Shown piece after piece: positions 29,206 to 38,672 of a stretch of DNA of 64,000 bases. The notes under the pieces are model-generated. The model worked only from the letters and a program-made list of their open reading frames with translations. It was not told the origin of the DNA and did no database searches. The translations under genes were made by a program, and so were the position numbers. The number at the start of each line of letters is the position of its first letter. The first letter of the stretch is position 1. The DNA lies in the NCBI GenBank assembly GCA_027078545.1, contig JALWXN010000004.1:352001-416000 (forward strand), in the 5' to 3' direction. This stretch comes from Nitrososphaeria archaeon (lineage in GTDB: Archaea > Thermoproteota > Nitrososphaeria > Geothermarchaeales > JDFR-13).

Positions 29206-29241
29206 CAGGATAATTATAGTGCCCGGTATGTTTTAACGGGG

Positions 29242-29862
29242 CTATAGGCCGAGGGCCTCTAGATACTCGAGGCCGGAGTCTAGGGAGGATAGCCTGGCAA
29301 TGGCTCTCTCGCTGGAGTATGAGATTATTATGAATCTTGCCCTTCCATAGGGCTCTGCCTCTCTAAGCTCTCTATAGAGGTCTGGGTGGTACCTCTCAAG
29401 CTCCTCCCCGGACTCTGGGAATACTATCTTGTCTCCCGTCTTCTCCAGGATCAGGGCTGCGTCTCCTCCGTGTCGGATAACGCTGTCCCTCAGCCTTATA
29501 AGCATCTCTCTGTGGAACTCTGTGTTCATGTATGCAGCCCATCCATAGCCCTTTATGCCTCGGGGGACGCTGGCTATCCCGAGCTCTCCGATATGTTTCT
29601 CTAGATACTCCGCTGCTCGCCTGCCATATCTTGTGAGTAGGTGTCCACCCTTGTATGGCTGGAAGAGGCCTAGTGCCACCATCTTCCTCATGAGTGTTCT
29701 TGATGATGCCTCTGTTAGGCTTGCCTCCCTCATGAGGAGGTATCTACTTATCATCCCGCCCCTTCTATGGGCGGTTACCAGGACTATGTATAGGTGTCCA
29801 GGCCTGATGTTAGCCCTTCCCCTAACCCTCTCCAGCTCGCGGGATAGGTGGCTCCACCTCAC
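29242..29862 (-). CDS. Winged-helix protein (DUF4443-like)
   Basis: N-terminal wHTH (LTEASSRTL..GHLLT..G), LRDSVIRHGG; GTG start overlaps the proS stop. Confidence 0.7.
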   Translation of the reverse strand: MRWSHLSRELERVRGRANIRPGHLYIVLVTAHRRGGMISRYLLMREASLTEASSRTLMRKMVALGLFQPYKGGHLLTRYGRRAAEYLEKHIGELGIASVPRGIKGYGWAAYMNTEFHREMLIRLRDSVIRHGGDAALILEKTGDKIVFPESGEELERYHPDLYRELREAEPYGRARFIIISYSSERAIARLSSLDSGLEYLEALGL

Positions 29863-31337
29863 TAGTAGGCCTTCGCCACTAGGACTCGGCTCCTCGCCTC
29901 GCCACCGCATACTATGCATCTCGCCCCCTCTCCAGGCTTCTCGTCTAGGAACCTACCCCTCACCTCGTAGCCCCCTGTTGTGGTCTTGAGCTCCTCCGCA
30001 CATTCCTCTGAGTCGCAGAAGTCTGTCTTGAAGAGGCTGTAGCTCCCCCTCAGCTCCATCAGCTCGTCTATACTCCCTACCGTGGCTATGTTCTTCTCCA
30101 TCTCCTCCCTAGCCCTCCTCTTAAGTGTCTCTGGGATGTCCTCCATGAGGTATGCTATGTACTCCCTCAGCCTCCCGAGGTCTACAATCTCCCTCTCCCG
30201 CTTATCCCTCCTGAAGACTGACACCTTGTTCTGCTCCACCTCTCTGGGGCCTATCTCGATCCTTATTGGTATGCCTAGGAGGTCGTAGTGGTAGAACTTC
30301 TCCCCAGGCGTCTTCTCGCTGAGGTCTGCATATACCCTGTATCCCGCCCCCTCTAGGAGGCTCCTCACCTCCTCTATGTAGTTCTCGAGCCTCTCCCTGC
30401 TGAAGCCTGTCTTTGGTATGGGTATGATGACTATCTGTATGGGTGCCACTCTTGGTGGTAGGACTAGGCCGTAGTTGTCTCCATGTACCAGTATGAGTGA
30501 GGCTAGTATCCTTGATAGCCCTATGCCGAAGCATGTCTGCTCTCCATAGCTGTAGCTCCCGTCTATGTCGTGGAACTTTATCTCGAAGACACGTGAGAAC
30601 TTCTGGCCCAGGTAGTGTGTAGTCCCTATCTGGAGTACCCTGCCGTCGGGGAGTAGGGTGTCGAATGCATATGTGTGCTCCGCCCCTGGGAACTTGTCGA
30701 AGTCCATCCTCATGACGTGGAGGAAGGGTATGCCTAGGACCTCGTAGGTCACCCTGTGGAAGATGTCCTTGTCCTCGACCGTCTGTCTCAGGGCCTCCTC
30801 AGCCGTCCTGAAGACGTCGTGGGTCTCTATCCATAGGAACTCCCTACCCCTGATCAGCGGCCTCGTGGCCTTGGTCTCGTATCGATATACGGCCACTGTC
30901 TGGTATGCCTTTAGTGGGAGGTCTTTGTAGCTGCTTATCCATAGGCTGTAGAGGGGGTAGATCGCTGTCTCGCTGGTTGGCCTGAGTGCGAGCCTCTCCT
31001 CCAGCTTGGTGAGGCCTGCATGGGTTATCCAGAAGACCTCAGCCTCGAACCCCTTTATATGCTCCGCCTCCTTCCTAAGGTTTGCCTCTGGTATGACGAC
31101 TGGGAATAGTATTGGTCTATGCCCAGTCTTTTCGAGCTCCTCCTCGTATAGCTGGATGATCCTCTTCATTATACTCATTCCGTAGGGCATGTAGACGATG
31201 AAGCCCTTCACTCCATACCTTATATCTACTATCCCGGCCTCCTGGAGGACCCGGCTGTACCACTCACTAGTGTTTGTCTTCTTGTCTGGGAGCTTCTCCT
31301 CTACGGTTTTGGAGGAGTCTCTACTCATGTTTACCAA
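29862..31337 (-). CDS. proS: Proline--tRNA ligase (archaeal type)
   Basis: LRPTSET, YRYETKATRPLIRGREF, QIGTTHYLGQKF, C-terminal AKAY. Confidence 0.97.
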   Translation of the reverse strand: MVNMSRDSSKTVEEKLPDKKTNTSEWYSRVLQEAGIVDIRYGVKGFIVYMPYGMSIMKRIIQLYEEELEKTGHRPILFPVVIPEANLRKEAEHIKGFEAEVFWITHAGLTKLEERLALRPTSETAIYPLYSLWISSYKDLPLKAYQTVAVYRYETKATRPLIRGREFLWIETHDVFRTAEEALRQTVEDKDIFHRVTYEVLGIPFLHVMRMDFDKFPGAEHTYAFDTLLPDGRVLQIGTTHYLGQKFSRVFEIKFHDIDGSYSYGEQTCFGIGLSRILASLILVHGDNYGLVLPPRVAPIQIVIIPIPKTGFSRERLENYIEEVRSLLEGAGYRVYADLSEKTPGEKFYHYDLLGIPIRIEIGPREVEQNKVSVFRRDKREREIVDLGRLREYIAYLMEDIPETLKRRAREEMEKNIATVGSIDELMELRGSYSLFKTDFCDSEECAEELKTTTGGYEVRGRFLDEKPGEGARCIVCGGEARSRVLVAKAY

Positions 31338-31377
31338 AAATATTTAGATAGGCCGGAGCCACTATATTTTAATATCA

Positions 31378-32211
31378 ATGAGTAGTCCTCCCGATGACCG
31401 TGTCCTCGAGATTCTTAGGAGGATGGAGTATAGTGATTTTGGTGATCGGGGTAGGCTAGCGGTTATAGGTGGTGGCTACCTCAATGTTAATCCGCCCTTG
31501 ATAGCCGCCTCTACCGCCTCCGCCCTGGGTATAGACTCTCTATACCTCCTCATGCCTGAGAGGCTCCTCAGGCTCAGGTGTTTCGGCTCCCTCACCATCA
31601 GCCTGATACCCCTGCCCGATCATAAGGTTACCCATGGTGTTGTGAAGTGGGTTGAGCGGCTCATCGATCGGCGTAGGCTCAGGGCTGATGTAGTCCATGT
31701 CGGGCCGGGCTTCACTGGTCATAGGGGGTATATCGTGGAGCTGGTTAAGCTCCTCGATAGTAGGGGTATGAACCTGGTAATCGACTCTGGCGCTCTCTAC
31801 CCAGAGGTCTTGAGCCTGGACCTTGACTGGTCATCCACGATACTGGCTCCCCATGAGGGTGAGTATAAGATGCTCTTCGAGGGTGATGACCCGCTCTTCA
31901 AGCTGGAGGAGTACAACGTATTCCTGAAGAGGCTAGGCGGGGCCAGGTATATCTCTATGGGTAGGGTGGTGTATGACGTCTCTGATCCATGCTGGCCTAC
32001 GAGGTATGGCTCTGGCTATGTGGCCACTGGTCTTTTGAGCGGGTCATATGCACTGACTGGTGGGGCATTGGACGCTGCTATGCTCGCCGGGTCGTTACTA
32101 GTGAAAATGATGGGTAAACTACGTGAAAACGGATGTTTTCACGTATCTGTGGAGCGGCTTGTGGAGCTCGCCTCGGAGGTTGTGAGGGAGGTCTCACTGG
32201 GATCCGATTAG
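31378..32211 (+). CDS. NAD(P)H-hydrate dehydratase-like (ribokinase fold), divergent
   Basis: GRLAVIGG, VGPG, VIDSGAL, APHEGE; GxGD motif appears as GSGY. Confidence 0.7.
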   Translation: MSSPPDDRVLEILRRMEYSDFGDRGRLAVIGGGYLNVNPPLIAASTASALGIDSLYLLMPERLLRLRCFGSLTISLIPLPDHKVTHGVVKWVERLIDRRRLRADVVHVGPGFTGHRGYIVELVKLLDSRGMNLVIDSGALYPEVLSLDLDWSSTILAPHEGEYKMLFEGDDPLFKLEEYNVFLKRLGGARYISMGRVVYDVSDPCWPTRYGSGYVATGLLSGSYALTGGALDAAMLAGSLLVKMMGKLRENGCFHVSVERLVELASEVVREVSLGSD

Positions 32212-32913
32212 CCTCCTCAGCTCGGTGGCGTTCCTATACATCTGGATGTTGTTGAACATGATGTATATAGTCTTCTCCCTGTAGGGAGCCAGCTTGGCTA
32301 GGAGCCTCTCCATGTCTCCATGGGTGTATACGTATCCGAGCCCCCCTATGCCGTGGAGCCTCAGGTATAGGACCTCGGGATGGGTATCGATCACTCCGTC
32401 CTTGAAGGGGTCTGTCGTGAATATGTATCCAAGCCTGGAGAGCGTCTTCACTACGTGGGGCTGGAACCAGGACTCGTGCCTAGGCTCTATAGCTAGTAGG
32501 CGGCTAGACATCTCTCTCAGCCTTGTGAGGGTCTCCTTCATATAGCCCTCCCAGGCCAGGCTGGGCGGTAGCTGTATCAGGAGTAGCTTGGCATCCAGGG
32601 CCTCCCCAAGCTCCTCACTTATCCTGAAGGCGTTGTAGACCTCCTCTGTGGGCTGTAGGGCGCCATACTTCTTGGGGTCTCCCTCTAGCCTACCCTTGAA
32701 CCTCCTCCACGTGGGGCTCGTGGTCTTATGGCTGACCCCCTGCCAGACCTTGAGGGTATACTCAACGGTTGGCGGGGTCTCCTCCCTCAGCCTCCTATAC
32801 TTCTCGACGGTCTCGGGCTGGTAGAACGTCCTCTGCACCTCGATAGCATCAACGTTTAGGAATAGCTCCTGCCTCCGCACCGGGAAGCCGCAGACACCGA
32901 CCTTGAAGGGCAT
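32194..32913 (-). CDS. DUF72-family protein
   Basis: EVQRTFY, QLPPS, EPRH, DPF, YLRLHG, FNN. Confidence 0.92.
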   Translation of the reverse strand: MPFKVGVCGFPVRRQELFLNVDAIEVQRTFYQPETVEKYRRLREETPPTVEYTLKVWQGVSHKTTSPTWRRFKGRLEGDPKKYGALQPTEEVYNAFRISEELGEALDAKLLLIQLPPSLAWEGYMKETLTRLREMSSRLLAIEPRHESWFQPHVVKTLSRLGYIFTTDPFKDGVIDTHPEVLYLRLHGIGGLGYVYTHGDMERLLAKLAPYREKTIYIMFNNIQMYRNATELRRLIGSQ

Positions 32914-32994
32914 CTCAAGAAACTTAGATTTGTGGAGACGTATTTTTAACCCGGGCTTTATATTTAGGATATCATCTCCTAGATATAATCAAGG

Positions 32995-33537
32995 ATGCCT
33001 AGGAAGTCACTGGTAATTGGATATGTATCGGTCTTCACGGCCCTTGCCGTGGTGGGTAGGCTCGGCTTCACTGTGCTGCCCAACGTGGCTCCAGTTGCGC
33101 CTCTCAGCATGGTGGCCGGCTATCTAGGTGGCCCCCTGGCCGGGTTTGCTGTTGGGGCTATGTCTATGATTGTCAGCGACGTCTTCATCGGTATGGGGCC
33201 ATGGACGCTCTTCACCTCTTTCTTCATGGGTGTTGTCGGGGTCTTTGGCTGGCTTATCAGGAGGCTCCGTTGCGATGGCTATCTAAGCTTCTTCATTGCA
33301 TACCTGGCTGTGCTTCTCTATGATGTGGGTACCAGCGTGGGTACGGTGATACTCTTCGGCGTCGACCCGCTGATCAGTATACTCAACCTCTTCATACCCA
33401 TATTCTTCCTAGGCATCCCCTACCCGATGGGGCCTGTCCACGAGTTCTCCTCTAGCCTCATGTTCGTCCTCTTGATGGAGAGTCTTAGGAGGTTCGGCTT
33501 TGTGGAGGTGTATAGCTATGGATGGGAAGGTCTTTAA
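32995..33537 (+). CDS. ECF transporter S component (CbrT-like)
   Basis: ALAVVGR..PNV.P..SDVFIGMGPWT; hydrophobic. Confidence 0.85.
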   Translation: MPRKSLVIGYVSVFTALAVVGRLGFTVLPNVAPVAPLSMVAGYLGGPLAGFAVGAMSMIVSDVFIGMGPWTLFTSFFMGVVGVFGWLIRRLRCDGYLSFFIAYLAVLLYDVGTSVGTVILFGVDPLISILNLFIPIFFLGIPYPMGPVHEFSSSLMFVLLMESLRRFGFVEVYSYGWEGL

Positions 33538-34114
33538 GGCTGTGATAGCTGTCTTCTTCATCTGGTCGATACTGGCCTCCGTGGCTGCAGGCTACTTCTA
33601 CAACCTGGCTGTCCAGCTTGAGGAGGAGAATGCCAGGATCTCTGAGGAGCTATCGGCTGCCCAGGATAGTCTTAGCCAGCTCCAGGAGGCTGTGAATAGT
33701 CTGAGGGAGTCGATAGGGAGTCTCAACAGTACTTACCAGGAGCTTCTCCAGAACTATTCAGAGGTTATTGATAGGCTGGCTAGGGATCTTAACAGTGGCT
33801 ACGTCAGCCTCATCATAGACTTTGGTAATGGTACCGTGAAGTATTATAAGCTCCTCGTCGTCTATGGCGAGAACGACACTGTCTTCGACCTCTTGATGGC
33901 TACTGGCCTGGAGATCGACTATACAGAGTATCCCGAGTTCAACGACGTCTTCATCAACTGTATAGCTGGTGTCTGTGGTATGCAGACGAGTGAGAATAGT
34001 GGTATGTACTGGCTCTTCTACGTCAATGCAGAGATGAGTCAGAGGGGTGCTAAGCAGACCACTGTTACCGAGGGGGACGTGGTTGAGTGGGTCTATAAGG
34101 AGGTCTCCTGGTAG
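33518..34114 (+). CDS. Membrane-anchored coiled-coil protein with DUF4430 domain
   Basis: N-terminal TM helix, heptad region, TVFDLL..FINCIAG..YWLFYVN..GDVVEW. Confidence 0.85.
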   Translation: MDGKVFKAVIAVFFIWSILASVAAGYFYNLAVQLEEENARISEELSAAQDSLSQLQEAVNSLRESIGSLNSTYQELLQNYSEVIDRLARDLNSGYVSLIIDFGNGTVKYYKLLVVYGENDTVFDLLMATGLEIDYTEYPEFNDVFINCIAGVCGMQTSENSGMYWLFYVNAEMSQRGAKQTTVTEGDVVEWVYKEVSW

Positions 34115-34173
34115 CCCTCCCAAACCCCTATTTTTTATAGTATCTCAGCCATATTTAGAGTGGTGCTCCTAGG

Positions 34174-34464
34174 ATGCCTGTTAAGCGTAAGAATCGAGGT
34201 AGGAGGAAGGGTAAGGGTAGGAAGGGTAGGGAGGAGTATGTATACTGCTCCAACTGTGGTAAGCGTATACCTAGGGATAAGGCGATCAAGGTTGAGAGGC
34301 GCCTAACACCTGTCGATCCGCAGCTGGCGAAGGAGCTTAGGAAGCAGGGCGCGGTGATAATGTCGACACCCATACTGAAGTACTACTGTGTCTCCTGTGC
34401 CGTCCACTATGGCATTGTCAGGATAGGTGGCTATAGCGAGAGGATGGCTAGGGAGGAGTATTAG
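34174..34464 (+). CDS. rps26e: 30S ribosomal protein S26e
   Basis: KRKNRGR, CSNCGKRIPRDKAIK, YCVSCAVH. Confidence 0.96.
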   Translation: MPVKRKNRGRRKGKGRKGREEYVYCSNCGKRIPRDKAIKVERRLTPVDPQLAKELRKQGAVIMSTPILKYYCVSCAVHYGIVRIGGYSERMAREEY

Positions 34465-34537
34465 TCCTCGACTATAGGCAATAAGCTAACCCTTTTTTAA
34501 GCACCTCCAACCTCCTAATACTTATTAGTGATCGGGG

Positions 34538-35266
34538 ATGTCTGAGGAGTCGATCATAGAGATTAGGAAGAGGATATTCGGGGATATCCTCTCTGCCGAC
34601 GATATCGGCGGGGCGATGAGGAGGTGGAGGATGTTCTTCAAGATCTCCCAGGTGGATCTGGCGAGGTTCATGAACATATCCTCCTCGGTACTGTCGGAGT
34701 ATGAGAATGATCCTAAGAAGTCTCCGGGCGCCAGGTTCATCAAGAGGTATGTCGATGCCCTCCTGGAGATCGATATGAATAGGGGTGGGAAGATCATCAG
34801 TGTACTGGCCAATAGCGACGTCTCTCTACAGGTTGGTAAGGAGATCCTTAAGATGCGTGACTATAAGAAGCCCTTCCCGGCTGAGAAGCTTGTGGAGCTC
34901 CTCGACATCGAGATCCTCTATGGCGAGGAGGCTGTTAGGGATACCCAGCTCTATGGCTATACCGTGCTGGACAGTGTAGCCGCTATACTCTCGATGAGTG
35001 GCCACGTCTACTACAGGATCTTCGGGAGGTCTACTGAGAGGGCGTTGATATTCACCAATGTCTCGACGGGGCGTTCACCCATGGTTGCTGTGAGGGTCTA
35101 TCCATTGAAGCCTAGGATGGTCGTCCTCCACGGGCCTAAGAAGGTGGATAGCCTGGCTGTGAAGATCGCTGAGAAGGAGTCGATCATACTGGGTAGGAGT
35201 AGGCTTAGGTTCCAGCCAGACCTCCTCCAGACCCTTGATGAGATTGACCAGTTGGTAGAGGCTTAA
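34538..35266 (+). CDS. Archaeal HTH transcriptional regulator (COG1709-like)
   Basis: HTH_3 N-terminus, GYTVLDS, ERALIFTNVSTGRSPMVAVRV. Confidence 0.88.
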   Translation: MSEESIIEIRKRIFGDILSADDIGGAMRRWRMFFKISQVDLARFMNISSSVLSEYENDPKKSPGARFIKRYVDALLEIDMNRGGKIISVLANSDVSLQVGKEILKMRDYKKPFPAEKLVELLDIEILYGEEAVRDTQLYGYTVLDSVAAILSMSGHVYYRIFGRSTERALIFTNVSTGRSPMVAVRVYPLKPRMVVLHGPKKVDSLAVKIAEKESIILGRSRLRFQPDLLQTLDEIDQLVEA

Positions 35267-35294
35267 TTTACCTCCCCACACTTTATATAGTAAA

Positions 35295-36083
35295 ATGAGT
35301 ATTTCGGGTGACCCGGCCGTAGATACGGCGCTTAAGCTCGTCGTGCTGGCCGTGGTCTCCATCATATCCTATAGGCTACGCTTCCTCGATGGGAGGGGCT
35401 TTATAGCCTCCCTGGCCATTGGCTCGGCCGTCCTCTTCATTGGTGGGTGGCGCCTCTTCGCCCTCCTCCTACTATTCCTCCTGGTGGGTAGTCTGCTGAC
35501 CAAGGTTTTGAATGGGGGTGGGGGTATCAGGGGTTGGCGCAACGTCTTGGCGAATGGTGCGTGGGCCGCGGCCTCTGCATCTGCCTATGGATTGTCTGGT
35601 AGCCAGGCGGCCCTCCTATTCTTCCTGGGCACCTTGAACGCTATGTTTAGCGATACCGTCTCCACGGAGGTTGGTATGTATCTGGGTGGGAGGCCTAGGC
35701 TTATAACCAAGCCTTGGCTGGAGACTAGGAGGGGCCTCTCCGGAGGAGTTACTGTCCCCGGCCTGCTTGGAGGCTTCTCGGGTGCTATACTCTTCTCATA
35801 CCTATCCCTCTACATGTTTAATGGTGAGCTGGATAGCCCTGCAATGGTCTCAGTCGCCTGTGCAGGTATACTGGCCAATGTCCTCGACAGCTTCCTAGGC
35901 GCTACTCTACAGGCTAAGTATAGATGCGCCTCCTGTGGGGAGGTGGTTGAGGAGGATGTGCACTGTGGCGTGAGGGCGGTCTTGATCTCTGGCTATAGGG
36001 GTGTGGATAACCATATGGTGAATATGGTCTCCAGCCTTGCCGGGGGTCTCCTGGCTATTGGGCTGTACTACCTAGTCTTCTAG
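35295..36083 (+). CDS. DUF92 (TMEM19-like) membrane protein
   Basis: RNVLANG, DTVSTEVG, SGGVT..G, DSFLGATLQ, NHMVN. Confidence 0.92.
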   Translation: MSISGDPAVDTALKLVVLAVVSIISYRLRFLDGRGFIASLAIGSAVLFIGGWRLFALLLLFLLVGSLLTKVLNGGGGIRGWRNVLANGAWAAASASAYGLSGSQAALLFFLGTLNAMFSDTVSTEVGMYLGGRPRLITKPWLETRRGLSGGVTVPGLLGGFSGAILFSYLSLYMFNGELDSPAMVSVACAGILANVLDSFLGATLQAKYRCASCGEVVEEDVHCGVRAVLISGYRGVDNHMVNMVSSLAGGLLAIGLYYLVF

Positions 36084-36706
36084 CCTTTAACGGTTCTTAG
36101 ATGCTCCATAACCGTGTTGTACTCCTCCTCCGTTATCGCCTCGACCCTCCAGAGAGCCTCTATCACCTCTGATATGGTGACTACCCTGTAGACGTTCAGC
36201 CCCTTCTCCACAAGCTTCTCGTAGCCGCCCTCCTCCCTATCCAGTATTACGAGGACGTTCTCCACCTCCACGCCATACTTATCCCTCAGTGCGTCGACCA
36301 CCTTTAGGATCGTCTCGCCGGTGCTTATCATGTCGTCTATGAGTAGAGGGGTCTCGAAGGTGTTTAGCACCCCTATCCTTACCTCGACCTCGTCTGGATC
36401 CACTAGTGAGAAGGGTGTCTTCCGCGCTAGGGCTAGGGGTATGGTTATCACGGCGCCCTTATCCATTATACCGATGAACTTGTCTATCTTCTCCAGCTCG
36501 GGGCTGACTAGGATCTTCCTGTTTATATGGTCTATCAGGGTGTTTAGGAGGTCTATCCTCGAGGATAGGAGGGTGAAGTCGAGGAAGTATGGGGTCTCTA
36601 TGCCGTTTGAGAGCTTGAACCTGCCGAACCTGAGTAGCTTACCCTTCGTTACGAGCTTGGCTATTAGGTGGGTCTCCGGGTCTATCATCCCTATTCTCCC
36701 AGTCAT
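36080..36706 (-). CDS. pyrE: Orotate phosphoribosyltransferase-like protein
   Basis: FGRFKLSNG..PYFLD, LLIDDMISTGET, ILDREEG. Confidence 0.8.
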   Translation of the reverse strand: MTGRIGMIDPETHLIAKLVTKGKLLRFGRFKLSNGIETPYFLDFTLLSSRIDLLNTLIDHINRKILVSPELEKIDKFIGIMDKGAVITIPLALARKTPFSLVDPDEVEVRIGVLNTFETPLLIDDMISTGETILKVVDALRDKYGVEVENVLVILDREEGGYEKLVEKGLNVYRVVTISEVIEALWRVEAITEEEYNTVMEHLRTVKG

Positions 36707-36747
36707 AATATTATGTGGCTATAGGCATTAATGATGTGGTGGTCTAT

Positions 36748-37737
36748 GTGGTCAGGGTCGGTATAAACGGCTTCGGTAGGATAGGTAGGATGGTATTCCG
36801 ACACTCCCTCGGTATCGATGGGGTTGAGGTGGTGGCTGTCAACGACCTATCCGACGTGAAGATGCTGGCCCATCTCCTGAAGTATGACAGTATCCATGGT
36901 AGGCTGGAGGCGGATATAGGGTATGGAGATGGATATATTACGGTCGACGGCTTAGAGGTTAGGGTCTTCAATAGTAAGAGCCCCTCCGAGATACCCTGGG
37001 ACTCCGTGGATGTAGATATCGTCGTCGAGTCTACAGGCCTCTTCAGGGAGAGGGATGCAGCGGCCCTACACCTTGAGAGGGGGGTGGATACCGTGGTTAT
37101 CTCGGCGCCTGGTAAGGGTGTCGACCTCACCGTGATACCCTATATCAATGAGCATCTCTATAGGAGGGGTGAGCATAGGGTCATATCTATGGCCTCATGT
37201 ACGACCAATGCCTTGGCCCCACTGATCAAGGTTCTCCACGACAACCTTGGTATTGTGAAGGGTGGGATGACCACTGTTCATGCCTATACCAATGACCAGA
37301 GGATCCTCGACGGTATTCATAGGGATCCTAGGAGGGCCCGTGCAGCTGCGGTCAACCTTATACCGACGTCTACAGGTGCTGCCAAGGCTATCTTCGAGAT
37401 CTATCCTGAGCTTAGGGGTAGGCTCGACGCCTATGCGATCAGGGCGCCTGTGGCTGATGGCTCGTTGATAGATCTTAAGGTCGTGGTCTCTAGGGAGACT
37501 AGTGTGGAGGAGGTTAATAGGCTGTTTAGGGAGGCCTCTGAGGGTGAGCTCTCCAAGATCCTACAGTATGTGGAGGAGCCTATAGTCTCCTCGGACATAA
37601 TCAACAATACGTATCTATCGATATTCGACAGCCTCTTGACCGAGGTTGTTGACGGGGACTTTGTAAGGGTTGTCAGCTGGTACGACAATGAGTATGGATA
37701 TTCCTACCACCTGGCGAGCCTCCTGGCTAGGCTGTAG
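36748..37737 (+). CDS. gap: Glyceraldehyde-3-phosphate dehydrogenase, type I (bacterial-type)
   Basis: GINGFGRIGR, LKYDSIHG, ESTG, ASCTTN, TTVHAYTNDQ, PTSTGAAKA, WYDNEYGYS. Confidence 0.95.
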   Translation: MVRVGINGFGRIGRMVFRHSLGIDGVEVVAVNDLSDVKMLAHLLKYDSIHGRLEADIGYGDGYITVDGLEVRVFNSKSPSEIPWDSVDVDIVVESTGLFRERDAAALHLERGVDTVVISAPGKGVDLTVIPYINEHLYRRGEHRVISMASCTTNALAPLIKVLHDNLGIVKGGMTTVHAYTNDQRILDGIHRDPRRARAAAVNLIPTSTGAAKAIFEIYPELRGRLDAYAIRAPVADGSLIDLKVVVSRETSVEEVNRLFREASEGELSKILQYVEEPIVSSDIINNTYLSIFDSLLTEVVDGDFVRVVSWYDNEYGYSYHLASLLARL

Positions 37738-37739
37738 AG

Positions 37740-38414
37740 ATGGATAGGTTTATCGAGCTCCTCTGGGAGAGGGGGGAGGAGCTGGCCCGGCTGATAGGGC
37801 CTCCCAGGCCTGGCCAGCCTATGGAGATGTATATCGAGGATGTGGAGTGGCACTTCTCGGGGGATTCCCCCATCTCCCCCCTCGACGTGTATGAGTATAT
37901 GCTTAGGGGTGTAAAGTCTATATCGGCTGGTAGGAGGCCCTATATAGGCCTGGCTGTGGAGGAGGGTGTCGAGATTCTTAGGCCACTCAAGATGTATGCC
38001 TCTCTCCTTGGTATGGAGGCCCTGGTCATGGGGCGTCTGGAGCGTGGGAGGGCCGGGGTATTGATGCCGAGGGCGTCTGAGATACCTGTATACATCGTCT
38101 CGGAGAGGATTATAAGGGGGTATGACTGGGAGCCGGTGGTTAGGGATGGGCTTATACTGGTGGATAGAGAGCACTCACTCCAGCTCCTCATGCATTTTAT
38201 AAGGCCCTATCTCCACCTGGGGCTGGGCACGCCTATGCCTATCCTCACCCCTATTAAGCGTGTAGTCGGTCTTCCACGGGGCTCGATGCTCCTCAATAGG
38301 CTCTTGGAGCCGGTGGATAGTCTTGGGGAGGCCTACTACGTCGCCCTCTCCGATGGTAGGGAGGGGTTTGCGGAGCCCTTAAGGTTTGTAGCTGTCCCTA
38401 GGTATGAGGCCTAG
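37740..38414 (+). CDS. Hypothetical protein
   Basis: Begins 2 nt after gap; typical codon usage. Confidence 0.65.
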   Translation: MDRFIELLWERGEELARLIGPPRPGQPMEMYIEDVEWHFSGDSPISPLDVYEYMLRGVKSISAGRRPYIGLAVEEGVEILRPLKMYASLLGMEALVMGRLERGRAGVLMPRASEIPVYIVSERIIRGYDWEPVVRDGLILVDREHSLQLLMHFIRPYLHLGLGTPMPILTPIKRVVGLPRGSMLLNRLLEPVDSLGEAYYVALSDGREGFAEPLRFVAVPRYEA

Positions 38415-38672
38415 CTGTCTAAGCATGAAGACGGTCTCTCTAAGCTTCTCCCTGGTCTCTATACCCTTCTCGGTGAGTTTGTATAGCTTCCTCCCCTGCT
38501 TCTCATCGACCTCCTCCACGATTAGCCCGTTCTCAATCATTATCTCTAGCTTCTCCCTTAGGCGTGGGATAGGCATGTTTGCGTAGGAGGCTATCCTACT
38601 TATTATCGCCCCATCCTCCCCAATCGCCTCTAGTATGTCCAGTATTATGACGACGTCGGGGCGATACTTCAC
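38379..38672 (-). CDS. Small winged-helix DNA-binding protein
   Basis: IILDILEAI..ISRIASYANM..GLI..YKLTEKG. Confidence 0.85.
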   Translation of the reverse strand: MKYRPDVVIILDILEAIGEDGAIISRIASYANMPIPRLREKLEIMIENGLIVEEVDEKQGRKLYKLTEKGIETREKLRETVFMLRQLGLIPRDSYKP

